From: Saccostrea echinata
Lineage: Eukaryota
DNA: 64,000 nucleotides
Direction: 5' to 3'
NCBI RefSeq assembly: GCF_033153115.1
Contig: NW_026889779.1
Span: 16,678,001 to 16,742,000 of the forward strand
Position numbers and translations under genes: made by a program. The notes under the pieces were generated by a model. It made no database searches. It was not told the DNA's origin and worked only from the letters and a program-made list of their open reading frames with translations. Below, piece by piece: positions 12,748 through 25,133 of this stretch. Each line of letters begins with the position of its first letter. Positions within the stretch are counted from its first letter, which is position 1.

Positions 12748-13021
12748 CAGGCGCGGATCTAGGAATTGAAGTTAGAGGGGGCGCAAAAGTAGGCAGGGGG
12801 TCTGGGGGCCGCCTTGAGGCCCCCAGTGGGTCCAGGACGAAGCCCTGGTGGGGGTTACAGGGGGCGAAGCCCCCGGAGGCTTCTGGATTCTAGAGATTTT
12901 GTAGGGTAAAAATGAAGTCTCCCGAGTTGACATTTTTACATTTTCTCGACGATACTATGATTAACACCAACTTTGACAGTGTTAGGGGGAGCCGGGTGCG
13001 CCCCCCTTAAATTCGCCACTG
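12748..13021. mobile_element. GC-rich MITE with 5-bp TSD
   Basis: CAGGCGCGGATCTAGG...AAATTCGCCACTG; flanked by ATTGT on both sides; internal GGGGCGAAGCCCC hairpins. Confidence 0.7.
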
Positions 13022-14725
13022 ATTGTGAACAGTTTGCTGGAATTGAAGTTGATGAAAAATCTCCAAAAATTCCAATTTTGATATAAAAAAGTAAAAATTA
13101 ACCTCACTTATTCATACCACATCACATATAAAATTTCAACTGAACAAAGATGAGACCGAATAATGTTTCGTGGTAAAAAATATCAAGTGATTTGTTTTTA
13201 AAAATCTTTTACTTTCAATCACAAAGTTTTGAATTACAAGAAAAAATATTTTGGCTTTCCCTTTCTGAAAGATTTTGTGAACCATAAAGTAATATATCAA
13301 CAGTTATATGATGAGGTATTATAGAAATAGTTCTATTTCGCACTCTTATAAAATTGTTACAACGGAAGAAAAAAATGTTCGATAGTTTCAATCTCACCAC
13401 ATAAACATAGTGGAGAAATACAAAGATTTGTAAATTCAAAGAACTGCATTCGATTCGGAGTTTCGTATCTCACTAGGCAAGGTTTTTGATCTGCTCTACT
13501 CCAACCTTTGGCTAGGAAAGAGGGAATGATGAATGTTTATAAAGACAAAAATTGAAATAACGTTTAATCAAATAATGATGTGGTCATTAATTGATCTGAT
13601 TTTCGAATCTCAGAAGACTTCAGATTTTATGTGATCATTCTTTGGGTAAAAGAAATATTGATAAAGATGGTCAAGGTCATCCTAAATATAAAGCTGTTAA
13701 ATGAAAAAAAAATTGAACTTCCAGACAAAGTTTCATACTCAGAAAAACATCCTGTATGTGAAGAGAAAGGGGGGGGGGGGGAGAGTTTTCAAAGGTCACA
13801 TATTATAAATGTCAAGGTCATTATGTTAACTTTGCTTAAATTGATTATTGCTTTGAAGAATGTCAAAACAGTGGTACAAATATGATAAATCTCACAAATC
13901 ATAAACAGAAATTGATAGTCTAGCTTTACAACATATATTCAGTTAAGAATCAGTATCAGCTGTTTTTGCACAGTCATTTCCCTGGTTCATCACTAATTTT
14001 CAATCAACTCAATGAAAAAAAACTGTAGCATTTTCTAATCTCATGGTTTTACAATATTGGTTTGGTAAGTCAAAATACTCTGCACTTACTGTCATGCCAT
14101 GGGTGTTACCGGATCTGTCTCCGAAGTGTTCATCATGCTGACCTTTCTAGTTTCACTTTCCATTTTTTCGGAAAAAATCTTCGGTTTTATTCTTTACATG
14201 CTTGCATTTATATCCGGGAAGAGACATGACATGATTACTTGACTTTCAGATCAGGGTTTGCCGTTTGGAGAACATTGTTTCAGCCTCTGTCGTTGGACTG
14301 TATGCTTTTTAACAGATGGTATTACACTTCTGATATCTTTTAAATTACTGATGTTAAAATTAAGTGACGTAGTGCCAATGGAAGTATGCCTTGTGCAGGT
14401 CTGGTACAATCACTAGATTTAGCTACGTAGCTTGAATTACCTACATAGCTTTATTTACCTACCTGAAGTAGCTTTATTTACCTACTGAATCAGACTTATT
14501 TCTTAAATTATCATTTTTCCCAGAAAGTGCAGAAAATTGTACTTTGATGCAGCGATAATTTTCAACTTTGAACTCATCTGAAAACAATTCATGAAAAAAT
14601 CACTCTTGGAGCTGTGTCTTTTTCTGCGCAATTGCAGTCAAAGTTCTAAAAGTTTTGGGGCTAAATACAACAGTTAATTTGTTACCTAAGAGTTACTTCT
14701 TGAGTGAAATAACAAAGAAAACCAG

Positions 14726-14772
<47 letters not shown>

Positions 14773-14842
14773 CATTTTGTCTGTAGTCCGTCTGTCCGTC
14801 TGTCTGTCTGTCCGTCTGTCTGTCCGTCTGTAAACTTTTCAC

Positions 14843-14897
<55 letters not shown>

Positions 14898-14900
14898 AGT

Positions 14901-14944
<44 letters not shown>

Positions 14945-16382
14945 TGCCTTCTTCCAAGGGGAGATAATTAAGAATTCGTGAAAAATTAATGGCATAATTA
15001 AAAAATCTTCTTCTCAAGAACCACTGTGCTTGAAAACATGAAACTTATATGGAAGCATTCTCAGGTAGTGTAGATTTAAATTTGTTCAAATCATGACCCC
15101 CGGGGGTAGGGTGGGGCCGCAATGGGCGATCAAAGTTTTACATAGGAAATATACAGGAAAAATCTTTAAAAATCTTCTTCTCAAGAACAGCAAAGCCATA
15201 ATTGGTCATATTTATATGGTAGCATCCTCAGATAGTGTAGATTCAAGTTTCTTCAAATCATGACCCCCGGGGGTAGGGTGGGGCCGCAATGGGCGATCAA
15301 AGTTTAACATAGGAAATATACAGGAAAAATCTTTAAAAATCTTCTTCTCAAGAACAGCAAAGCCATAATTGGTCATATTTACATGGAAGCATCCTCATGT
15401 AGTGTACATTCAAGTTTGTTCAAATCATAACCCCCGGGGGTCGGGTGGGGCCACAATGGGCGATCAAAGTTTTACATAGGAATATATAGGAAAAATCTTT
15501 AAAAATCTTCTTCTCAAGAACAGCAAAACCATAATTGGTCATATTTACATGGAAGCATCCTCAGGTAGTGTAGATTCAAGTTTGTTCAAATCATAACCCC
15601 CGGGGGTCGGGTGGGGCCACAATGGGCGATCAAAGTTTTACATAGGAACACATAGTAAAAATCTTCTTCTCAAGAACAGCAAAGCCATGATTGGTCATAT
15701 TTATATGGTAGCATCCTCAGATAGTGTACATTCAAAGTTCAAATCATGACCCCCGGGGGTCGGGTGGGGCCACAATGGGCAATCAAAGTTTTACATAGGA
15801 ACACATAGTAAAAATCTTTAAAAAAAACTATTTGTTAAGAATAGCAAAGCCATGATTGGTCATATTTATATGGTAGCATCCTCAGATAGTGTACATACAA
15901 ATTTGTTCGAATCATGACCCCTGGGGGTCGGGTGGGGCCACAATGGGCGATCAAAGTTTTACATTGGAACACATAGTAAAAATCTTTAAAAAAAACTATT
16001 TGTTAAGAATAGCAAAGCCATGATTGGTCATATTTATATGGAAGCATTCTTAGATAGTGTACATTCAAGTTTGTTCAAACATGACCCCTGGGGGTCGGGT
16101 GGGGCCACAATGGGTGATCAAAGTTTTACATAGGAATACATAGGTTAAATCTTTAAAAATCTTCTACTCAAGAACAGCAAAGCCATGATTGGTCATATTT
16201 AAATGGAAGCATCCTCAGATAATGTAGATTCAAATTTGTTCAATTTATGACACCCCCCCCCCCCCCCCCCTCCCCAACCACTTTTATATTTAAACTTTTC
16301 AACCTTTCAAGATTGAAGTGATTTCTGCTTTTTCCTAGCCATAGTGCTCAGGTGAGCGATGTGGCCCCTGGGCCTCTTGTTT
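14726..16382 (+). mobile_element. HINE (CvA/Cg170-like) with ~8 x ~167-bp tandem units
   Basis: 5' TTTTTAGCTCACCTGAGCCGAAGGCTCAAGTGAGC hairpin/subTIR; (GTCT/GTCC)n; tandem array; 3' GCTCAGGTGAGC plus hairpin GGCCCCTGGGCC; ends CTTGTT. Confidence 0.9.
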
Positions 16383-16451
16383 GGTTAACATGAGCACAAT
16401 GTGAAGTAATCATACTTATCCATGCCTCATCGCACACAAGGTGATGTACAG

Positions 16452-17480
16452 GAAATCCAGTCAATGCGCCCCCTAACAAAACCGTCCCGGTCAAAGCGCC
16501 CCCTAATTATAGTCAAAGAACCCCCTGAATTTGGTCAAAGCGCCCCCTGATTTTGGTCAAAGCGCACCCTTATTTTGGTCAAAGCGCCCCTTAAATATTT
16601 TTATAGAATATTCGTTTGCAAAAAGCACGCTAAATTTGGTCTCTTTACTAACTTACGCTATTTATTTCTTTTGTTTGTTCATTGTGACCCATGAAATAAT
16701 TAATAGATTGACAAATTAAGTTTGAATAATCTTATTGAAAACATATCCAAAGGAATGAGAATGTTCGCCAGTATCATTTAATTATGCCCCCCGCCCTAAA
16801 AAAAATTGATAATGATACCGTTGCCCATCTCTTGCCACATGGAGGCCTTCTCAATAAGCTGATAAGAGCCATAATTTTGAAGAATAAATGAAAAAAATTT
16901 AAACCCAAAGATGACTTTTTGAACTTCAAAATTCAATTATTAAACCCAGTTATTGGATAGGATAACAACTGGATCATTACCAAATTACGGTTGACTTTTG
17001 TTTGTTTGGGCGCTTTGACCAATACTTGGGGACGGTATATTAACATCAATTTCCTGTAAAATTATGTTAGGGGCGCTTTGACCAAAATTTGACCAATGCT
17101 TGGAGACGGTATTTTTACATCAATTTCCTGTAAAATTATATTAATAGGGGGCACTTTGACCGAAATCAAGGTGGGCTCTTTGACCAAGATCAGGGGGCAC
17201 TTTTGAAGTACTTGGGGACGGTATTCTTATCAATTTCCTGTAAAATTATATTAGGGGGCCCTTTGACCAAAATCAAAAGGGGCTCTTTGACCAAAATCAG
17301 GGGGCACTTTGACCAATACTTGGGGACGGTATTTTGACATCAATTTCCTATACAATCATAGTAGGGGGTGCTTTGACCAAAATCAGGGGGCGCTTTGACC
17401 AAAATCAAGGGGCTCTTTGACCAAAATCATAGGGCGCTTTGACCGGGATGGTTTTGTTAGGGGGCGCATTGACTGGCTCC
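16452..17480. mobile_element. Mutator-like (MULE) non-autonomous element
   Basis: ~50-bp TIRs (CCAGTCAATGCGCCCCCTAACAAAACC.TCCCGGTCAAAGCGCCC); many ~21-bp subterminal GGTCAAAGCGCCCC repeats; imperfect 9-bp flanks GATGTACAG/CATTTACAG. Confidence 0.75.
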
Positions 17481-17827
17481 CATTTACAGTTACTCAAACA
17501 ATGGAAATGCATCTTTTCCTTAAAAGTGTTCAAAAGCAGCAATGTTAAAACTATCTCTGCTTTGGATTGCTTTTTAAACTGTTTTGGAGCAAGCCCAAGT
17601 AAAAATATTATCAAACCTGTCTTGGGACAGGTCCACAACACAGTTAGAATGCATCCTACATACCTGCAATGTGGCAGAAAATTGCAGAATCGCTCTGGAA
17701 TGGTTTTAGAGAAAACAAATGAACAAATGAAGCAGAATTGAAAATGTTGTATATTATCACAATGGTGTTATTTTTGTTATAAGTAATGGTTTTTTATTGT
17801 CCTTAATTTAAAGAACATCTTAACTAC

Positions 17828-19621
17828 AACAAGAGGCCCAAAGGCCTTAACGGTCACCTGAGTACAACAATTTAGAGGATCCATAAACTCATAAACGAAG
17901 CTTTGTTGCCCAATAGCAAGGAAAATAGTACGATTAAGATCAAAATAGATGTCTCTCAGGGATCGACATTAACGGTTGTCCGATTGCCCGGGACAAGTAA
18001 ATTATCAGTTCGGGCAAGTGAAATTGTCGACGTACTTGTCCGATCGGGCAAGTGATTTTTTTTTTATACAGATGTACATATTTATTAAGTTGACGTTAAT
18101 TTATAAATAAAACAATAAATTGAACACTTGATTTCCGCAACTGACAATGTTTTTGCATTCGGAATTCCTTGCTAGCGTTTCTGGATTATACCGTTCATTT
18201 AAAAATCGGGTTCGTTATTTTCTTTTGTAGTAAATACGCTCTACGTCTAACAAAATTGTGTTAACTTCTTATTAGGAAATTAGATTATTTATTCACGCAC
18301 AGAATATAAGTACAGTGTAACACAATGTATCCTGATCAAGATAAGATGTATGTTTCGTAGCAACTATCTTCCTTTAGCGTTGCTTCACAATTGTCTCTGA
18401 AAATCACGATTCACAAAAGGATCCTACCGAAAATAATTTTTTAAAATATGAATTATATTAAAAGGAAAAGGAGGGTTATTGCTGCATGGCAGTGTGTGTT
18501 AACAGGTTGAATTTACAAGTACTGTGGTATACATTTATGTACTAATGCAGCATTGAAACTTTTTCAGGTAGCTCAACTTGCCAAATTGTCAGTAGTGTAT
18601 TTGGTCACATTTTTTATATCATAACGTTTACAGTAATAAATAATTTTCTTCTCAAGTTCTTTCTTAATTTTGGGCAACCATGTTTTTCATTCGGACAAGT
18701 CAAAGTTTGAGATCACATGCCCGAAGGTCAAGTGAATCTGAAAGTTAATGTCTATCCCTGTCTCTATTATTACCTCTCACATTGGCCTCACTTGGCCCTT
18801 GAAGAACATTTAAAAAGATAAGTTATTTTTGTTTCATTTTTATTCACCTATTATTTCCAAGTCTACCTGATTATTAAAACTATGAAAGTACTTTTTGCAT
18901 TATACAATAAATGTTCTTGCATAATTTTCTTATTCTATTAATCTTTCAAATACATTATCTACAGTGATTAATTATCAAAGGTGAATGGCAAAGGTGAATA
19001 ACTTCACTAAGTAGAATACAAATTAATAGAGCCCTGGCAAGGACCAGAACACTTGACTAAATGGTCCAGATGTTCAAAATTCTGGTAAAAATACCTTGCT
19101 TATTAAAACTTTTACTCTGTTTGCTTCTAATATGCCCTGGAGCAGAGGAGATTTTCAAAGAAATAATGCATTTTCACTAGTTAGCACAGCTCTACCCTAA
19201 CACCAGAACCCTTGACCTAGGGTCATGAAAATTTACAAATTTGGAAGAGGTACCCTCATCATCATAACTATGCAATTAGTTGAAGATTTTCAAAGAATTC
19301 ACACATGTTCACTATATAATCAAAAAGAGCCCCCCCCCCCTCCCCCGAGAAACAACAGAACCCCTGGGACCACAAGTTTTAAAAAATTTGTAAAAGCATC
19401 CTTGCTCATCATAACTATACACTTGTTTCTTTGCTTTATAACCAGGAGTAGAAAAAAATATTTTGAAAGAAATAATGCATTTTCACTATATAATCAATAG
19501 AGCCCCCCACCCCCTAACACCAGAACCCCTGACCCAGGGACCATGAAATTCACAATTTTGGAAGAGGCTGCCATGCTCATCATAACTTTGCACTTAGTTA
19601 GTTTATTTAATACCCAGGAGC

Positions 19622-19655
<34 letters not shown>

Positions 19656-19961
19656 CACTATATAATCAATAGAGCCCCGCCCTAACACCCAAACCCCTGA
19701 CCCAGGGGCCATGAAATTCACAATTTTGGAAGAGGCAGGCATGCTCATCATAACTATGTACTCAGTTAGTATATTTCATACCCAGGAGCAGAGAAGAAGA
19801 TTTTCATAGATTTAATGCATTTTCACTATATAATCAATAGAGCCCCCCACCCCCTAACACCAGAACCCCTGACCCAGGGACCATGAAATTCACAATTTTG
19901 GAAGAGGCTGCTATGCTCATCATAACTTTGCACTTAATTAGTTTATTTAATACCCAGGAGC

Positions 19962-19995
<34 letters not shown>

Positions 19996-20688
19996 CACTA
20001 TATAATCAATAGAGCCCCGCCCTAACACCAAAACCCCTGACCCAGGGGCCATGAAATTCACAATTTTGGAAGAGGCAGGCATGCTCATCATAACTATGTA
20101 CTCAGTTAGTATATTTCATACCCAGGAGCAGAGAAGAAGATTTTCAAAGATTTAATGCATTTTCACTATATAATCAATAGAGCCCCCCCCCCCCCCCAAC
20201 ACCAGAACCCCTGACCCAGGGGCCATGAAATTCACAATTTTGGAAGAGGCAGTCTTGCTCAACATAACTATGTACTTAGTTAGTTTATTTAATACCCAGG
20301 AGCAGAGAAGAAGATTTTCAAAGAAATAATGCAATTTCACTATATGATGTATATAGCCCCACCCTAGCACCACAACCCCTGACCCAGGGGCCATGAATTT
20401 CACAATTTTGGTAGAGGGCTCATTGCTTATTACAATCATGCCAACAGTTTGACTGCTTGATGTCCAGGAGTAAAGAAGAAGATTTTTAAAGATTGCATTA
20501 ATTTTGGTGGTTTTAGCCCCACCCCTCAGGCCCCAGGGGGGCAGGGACCATGAAATTCACAATTTTTGTTCCCCTTCACCCATAGGTGCTATATGCCAAA
20601 ATTGGTTGAAATTGGTTGAGTGGTTTCAGAGAAGAAGCTAAAAATGTTCAAATGTTAACGCACGACGCATGCCGACGGACAAAAACGG

Positions 20689-20728
<40 letters not shown>
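17828..20728 (-). mobile_element. HINE with ~170-bp tandem array, interrupted by a nested MITE
   Basis: Ends ACAAGAGGCCCAAAGGCC..GGTCACCTGAG and AGGTCACCTGAGTGACTCAGGTGACCTAAAAA; array 19100-20560; same family as 57864-60008. Confidence 0.88.
17957..18760. mobile_element. hAT-like MITE with 5-bp TSD nested in a HINE
   Basis: TIR CAGGGATCGACATTAAC / GTTAATGTCTATCCCTG; TSD TCTCT (17952-17956, 18761-18765); subterminal CGGGCAAGT repeats. Confidence 0.8.
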
Positions 20729-20729
<1 letters not shown>

Positions 20730-20820
20730 ACTGAGATAAAGTTATTTATACATATTTTAGTTCCTTTTAGATGAGTTCTTTTAAAAATGAATGGGCTGAA
20801 TTAACAGAAATGTGGCGAAC

Positions 20821-20955
20821 CATAGGCGTCGTCAGTTTTATCCATAAAGCAATGTAAATAACAACCAGTTCGCTTCGCTCGCTATGTTCACAAAGCTCAC
20901 TGGTTGTTGCTAACGTTGCTTTATGGATAAAACTGCAAAACTGCTGACTCCTGTG
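20821..20955. mobile_element. Small palindromic P-like MITE
   Basis: CATAGGCGTC..CAGTTTTATCCATAAAGCAA / TTGCTTTATGGATAAAACTG..GACTCCTGTG; 7-bp TSD GGCGAAC (20814-20820, 20956-20962). Confidence 0.75.
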
Positions 20956-21075
20956 GGCGAACACATCAAGGGGGAATGTGGATCAAGGTGTTTGCTCTTG
21001 AAAGACATAATTTCCTGGGTAAAAGGACCCAATTACGCCAATGTTGGTATACAGTTTATTTTGTTTTAATTATAG

Positions 21076-24000
21076 GGTACCCCAGTAAAGGATGTTGTGA
21101 TTCCTGACAATGCACAAAAGACTCTGCTGCTTCAGAAACATGCTGACTACATAGCTGCATATGGGGTCAAAAAAGATGACTATGTAAGCTAGTTTTGTTT
21201 TGTCCATGACATTTCTTGTAATTTACATACTGTAAGGTACATGTATGAGTAGTGTAGACTCTAGAAAATAATTTTTTACATACAGTAATGTAAAATAACA
21301 TATGGAGTGTGTTCCTGAATTGTAATTAATAATAATTTTAAGAAAACTCAAATTTTTCGAGGTAGAACAGTGGGTTGGCTTGTCAATCAAGTTGGCAGCT
21401 ATTGTTCTTACCTAATTGACAAGTGGTATGGTATTAATTTCTGGACAAATATGTGGATGGAACGAAATCATTCTAAACTTATGTATTAATTGGGCCAATA
21501 CTGTAAACCAACTATTATTCGCGCCAACTTTTATTCGTGATTCGTCAGTTTGAAATCAATCTGCGACGATTAATTTTCGCGACTGAGGAAACATTCTCTA
21601 CAAATACTGTACAGCAGGTTAAAATCGCGGTCGGAAAAGATCGCGATTTGTTCAATTTGCAGCAAATCGCGGTCGTTTGAATTCGCGGAAATGAAAAATT
21701 ATACAAAAACTTTTTCCGCACTGCAAGTATTTTCCTTGCATATTGTGTCGATTCTGAACCTGGTTAAATAGATTGAAACACCGTATTGATCCCGATTGGA
21801 AGACAAAATGTTGTACGATTTACACTTTTATGCATTCATATATATTTTCTTCTTTCTTTCTCTTGTTTTCTTTCTTTCTTTTTGTTAAATATTTTTGAAA
21901 TACATATGAGTCTATACGCGAGTGTTTTATTTAAGTGATTTCCAGTCGTATCCCAAACAATGGCAAACATATATATATAAAAAAAAAAAGAAGAAGCCCT
22001 TTGGCAGGTGTTCGTTCATGAATAGGTATGTTTTGAGTAGAGTACTGAGTAGTATTTACTGCAGGTCTTTTTAATCCCTCTGAATCTAAATCAGTTGTCA
22101 GTACCGATAGTCAAAATGTTGAACTGTTAATAAAATTGAATTAATGTGTAACAGTGTTGTCTTTACATTAAAGATAATAAGACTGAGTGATATGCACGGG
22201 TGAATTCTGACAATACATGTTTTATAGATAATTACATGGCGCCTCTACTGGGTGACAGAATTAAATGTTAGTTTTAGATGTTTATTTATCAATTAAGCTT
22301 TTAAAAAACAACAACTACTTGTTAGTGATTGATCCGTACACCCTCATAATAAGGAAGACAGTCTACATCTCTGCTATATTAATGACTGCTATTTATGTTT
22401 ACAAGGAAACGTAAATAGAGTTACCGAATATAATCACAAATATCGGTAATATTTCAATTTATCCTTATCAATTTTTGAAGAATTATTCACTGTATGTTGA
22501 ATTCGCGGAATTTTTATTTCCACGAATATAGTGAATATTATCTCCGCTAGTTAATTTCCTGCTGTACAGTACAAAGCAAAATAAATGGTTCGCGGCGATT
22601 AATATTCGCGAGTTATGGTAGGTCGCGAAACTTGCGAATATTTCTCGCACGCGAATTAAAGTTGGTTTACAGTAAGCATGTGCTGCTTTATTCCTTTGAA
22701 ATGTTTGAAAATTTTGTAGGAGTACTGCATAACAGAATATTTGCGGTTGAGTGGAATGTACTGGGGTCTGACAGTGATGGACCTAATGAAACAGCTGGAC
22801 AGAATGAACAAGGAGGAGGTTCTCCAGTTTATTCAGCAGTGCCAGCACGAGTGTGGAGGGCTGGGTGCCAGTATAGGTCATGACCCCCATCTTCTGTACA
22901 CACTTAGTGCAATACAGGTACACGTTTCCTTCATCTTGTAAGTTGTGATGGGAGATAAGTCAGATAACACATGTCTTTTGATACATCATATGTGACATTT
23001 CTACATATTAAAATTTGTATTTAACATAAATTTACTTTTTTCTTTCCAAAGTTATTACTTTTGTATTGAAATTACAAGCCAAAATGGGTTTATGGTAGCT
23101 TTGATCACATTCAAACTCATATCTTACCTTCAACCTGTGGGATGCATTATTTTGTTAAAACTCAACAACATATTAAATTTAGTCTGTCAAACCTTTATGA
23201 TATCACTGAGAAATTATGTCAACAATTTATGACATTACAATAAATAGGTGGTCATGTGAGAACCTGTTTTCAAACAGTTATGAATATGCATTTCTCAAAT
23301 AGTGTACTATAAGGAAAACATTTGCAGATCCTCACAATGTATGATGCTTTAGACGTGATAAACACAGAAAAAGTTGTTGAGTTTGTCTGCTCTCTTCAGC
23401 AGGAGGATGGCAGTTTTTATGGAGACAAATGGGGTATGTAGTGGTGAGATAATGTGTTGAATTTTGTGTAATTTGATTTTCAAAGAATTAAACATATTTT
23501 TGTGTTCAAAATGTTGCAGATTTCCTTAATATTGCTTTTTAGAGGATAAATTTACAAAGCATAGCAATAGCAAAGCACAAAAAATTATATTTTTTTTACA
23601 GGATAGTTTGAAAGAGGTTACAATTGCATGAATATTCATAAGTTAACTGATTTTAAAAATACAGTTGAAATTCAGTATCTCAAATGTTGATAACTCAAAC
23701 ACCATGGATATGTCAAAATTATTTGGAAATCCTAATCACTTTTTTTAAGAGCACTTTAACCTCAATATCTGAATATCTCAAAGTTTTATCACCTTCCTAT
23801 TCAGTCTGAGATAATGAGGTCTGACTGTAAGTGAAAAATATATGATGGAACAAGTTTTTATTTCATACCTTTACAATTTAAAACAATTTGAGAATTGTAT
23901 ATCTGGCATAATATTTTACAATTACCCAGTGTGGATACACCTGAAAAACTATGAAATGCATGGATTGCTACAAGAGAAAAAAAAAGGTGAAAAACACTGT

Positions 24001-25087
24001 AAACATTTAAATTTTGCATTTCAGGTGAAGTGGATACTCGTTTTTCTTTCTGTGCTGTTGCCTGTCTTGCTTTATTGGTAAGCTCTACAGATATTCTTCT
24101 CTGAATTTATTATCTCTTTTTGTTAATACTTCTGATGTGAATTCAAATGTTCCTTTTCTTTATAGAACAAATTAGATGCCATAGATGTAGATAAAGCTGT
24201 AGAATTTGTGCTAACTTGTATGAACTTTGATGGTGGGTTTGGTTGTCGACCCGGAAGTGAGACTCACTCTGGACAGGTCTATTGTTGTGTGGGGATGTTA
24301 GCTATCACTGGAAGACTGCATCATGTGAATGCTGATCTGTTAGGATGGTGGTTGTGTGAAAGGCAACTCCCCTCAGGGGGTCTGAATGGTATGTTCTGAT
24401 GAAAGATATTTTATGAAGTTTAACACACACATGTATTTCACAAATGCAATTCATGTTTCCATAGCATTTTCCTACTGACTTTAATAGGATAGCAGTCAAA
24501 ACAAACAAAATTAATGTTTGTTGAAATACAGTGTAAATATTCAAAACTTTTGGCAGGACGGCCTGAAAAATTACCAGATGTGTGTTACTCTTGGTGGGTA
24601 CTAGCGTCCCTTAAGATTATTGGAAAAATTCATTGGATAGACAAGGTATGATGTTACCAGAGGCACTTAATAATTTTATTTAAATGTGTATTTGATACAA
24701 TTGCAATGTGCAGTCTTCAAGGAAAAAAAAAGTTGTTAATCTCTTTATGAAAGCAAATGCTAGAAAGGCCTACAATATGCTGGTTCAGTGTGTTATTAAC
24801 ACTGTCATGCATATCAAGGAAGTGAAGAACATAGCTTTACCTGTGTTAGTTGCATACATTTTACTTCTAGTTTTGCTCCAAGTGATAGATTTATTTTCTT
24901 AAGTCAGAGTCTGGATGTGACATTAATCTGATAGATATACCAAATTGTATATTTTTAGCTCACCTGAGCCAAAGGCTCAAGTGAGCTTTTCTGATCACTT
25001 TTTGTCCGGCGTCTGTCTGTCTGTCCGTCTGTCTGTAAACTTTTAACATTTTCGACTTCTCAAGAACCACTGGGCTTGCCACAAAGT

Positions 25088-25133
<46 letters not shown>

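Noticed and set aside
13526-13599. Box C/D snoRNA-like layout (ATGATGA...CTGA), considered because vertebrate RABGGTB hosts SNORD45
   Set aside because: Very AT-rich, weak terminal stem, and no rRNA-complementary guide I can recognise. SNORD45 guide sequences were not seen in RABGGTB introns. A snoscan/Rfam run would be decisive.
19494-20439. Repeated 85-95-aa ORFs (also 14730-15017, 5186-5605, 59580-59801)
   Set aside because: Translations of non-coding HINE tandem units.
14726-20728. Regularly spaced repeats resembling CRISPR arrays
   Set aside because: They are head-to-tail ~167-170-bp units with no unique spacers, inside Helentron-type termini, in a eukaryotic context with no cas genes.
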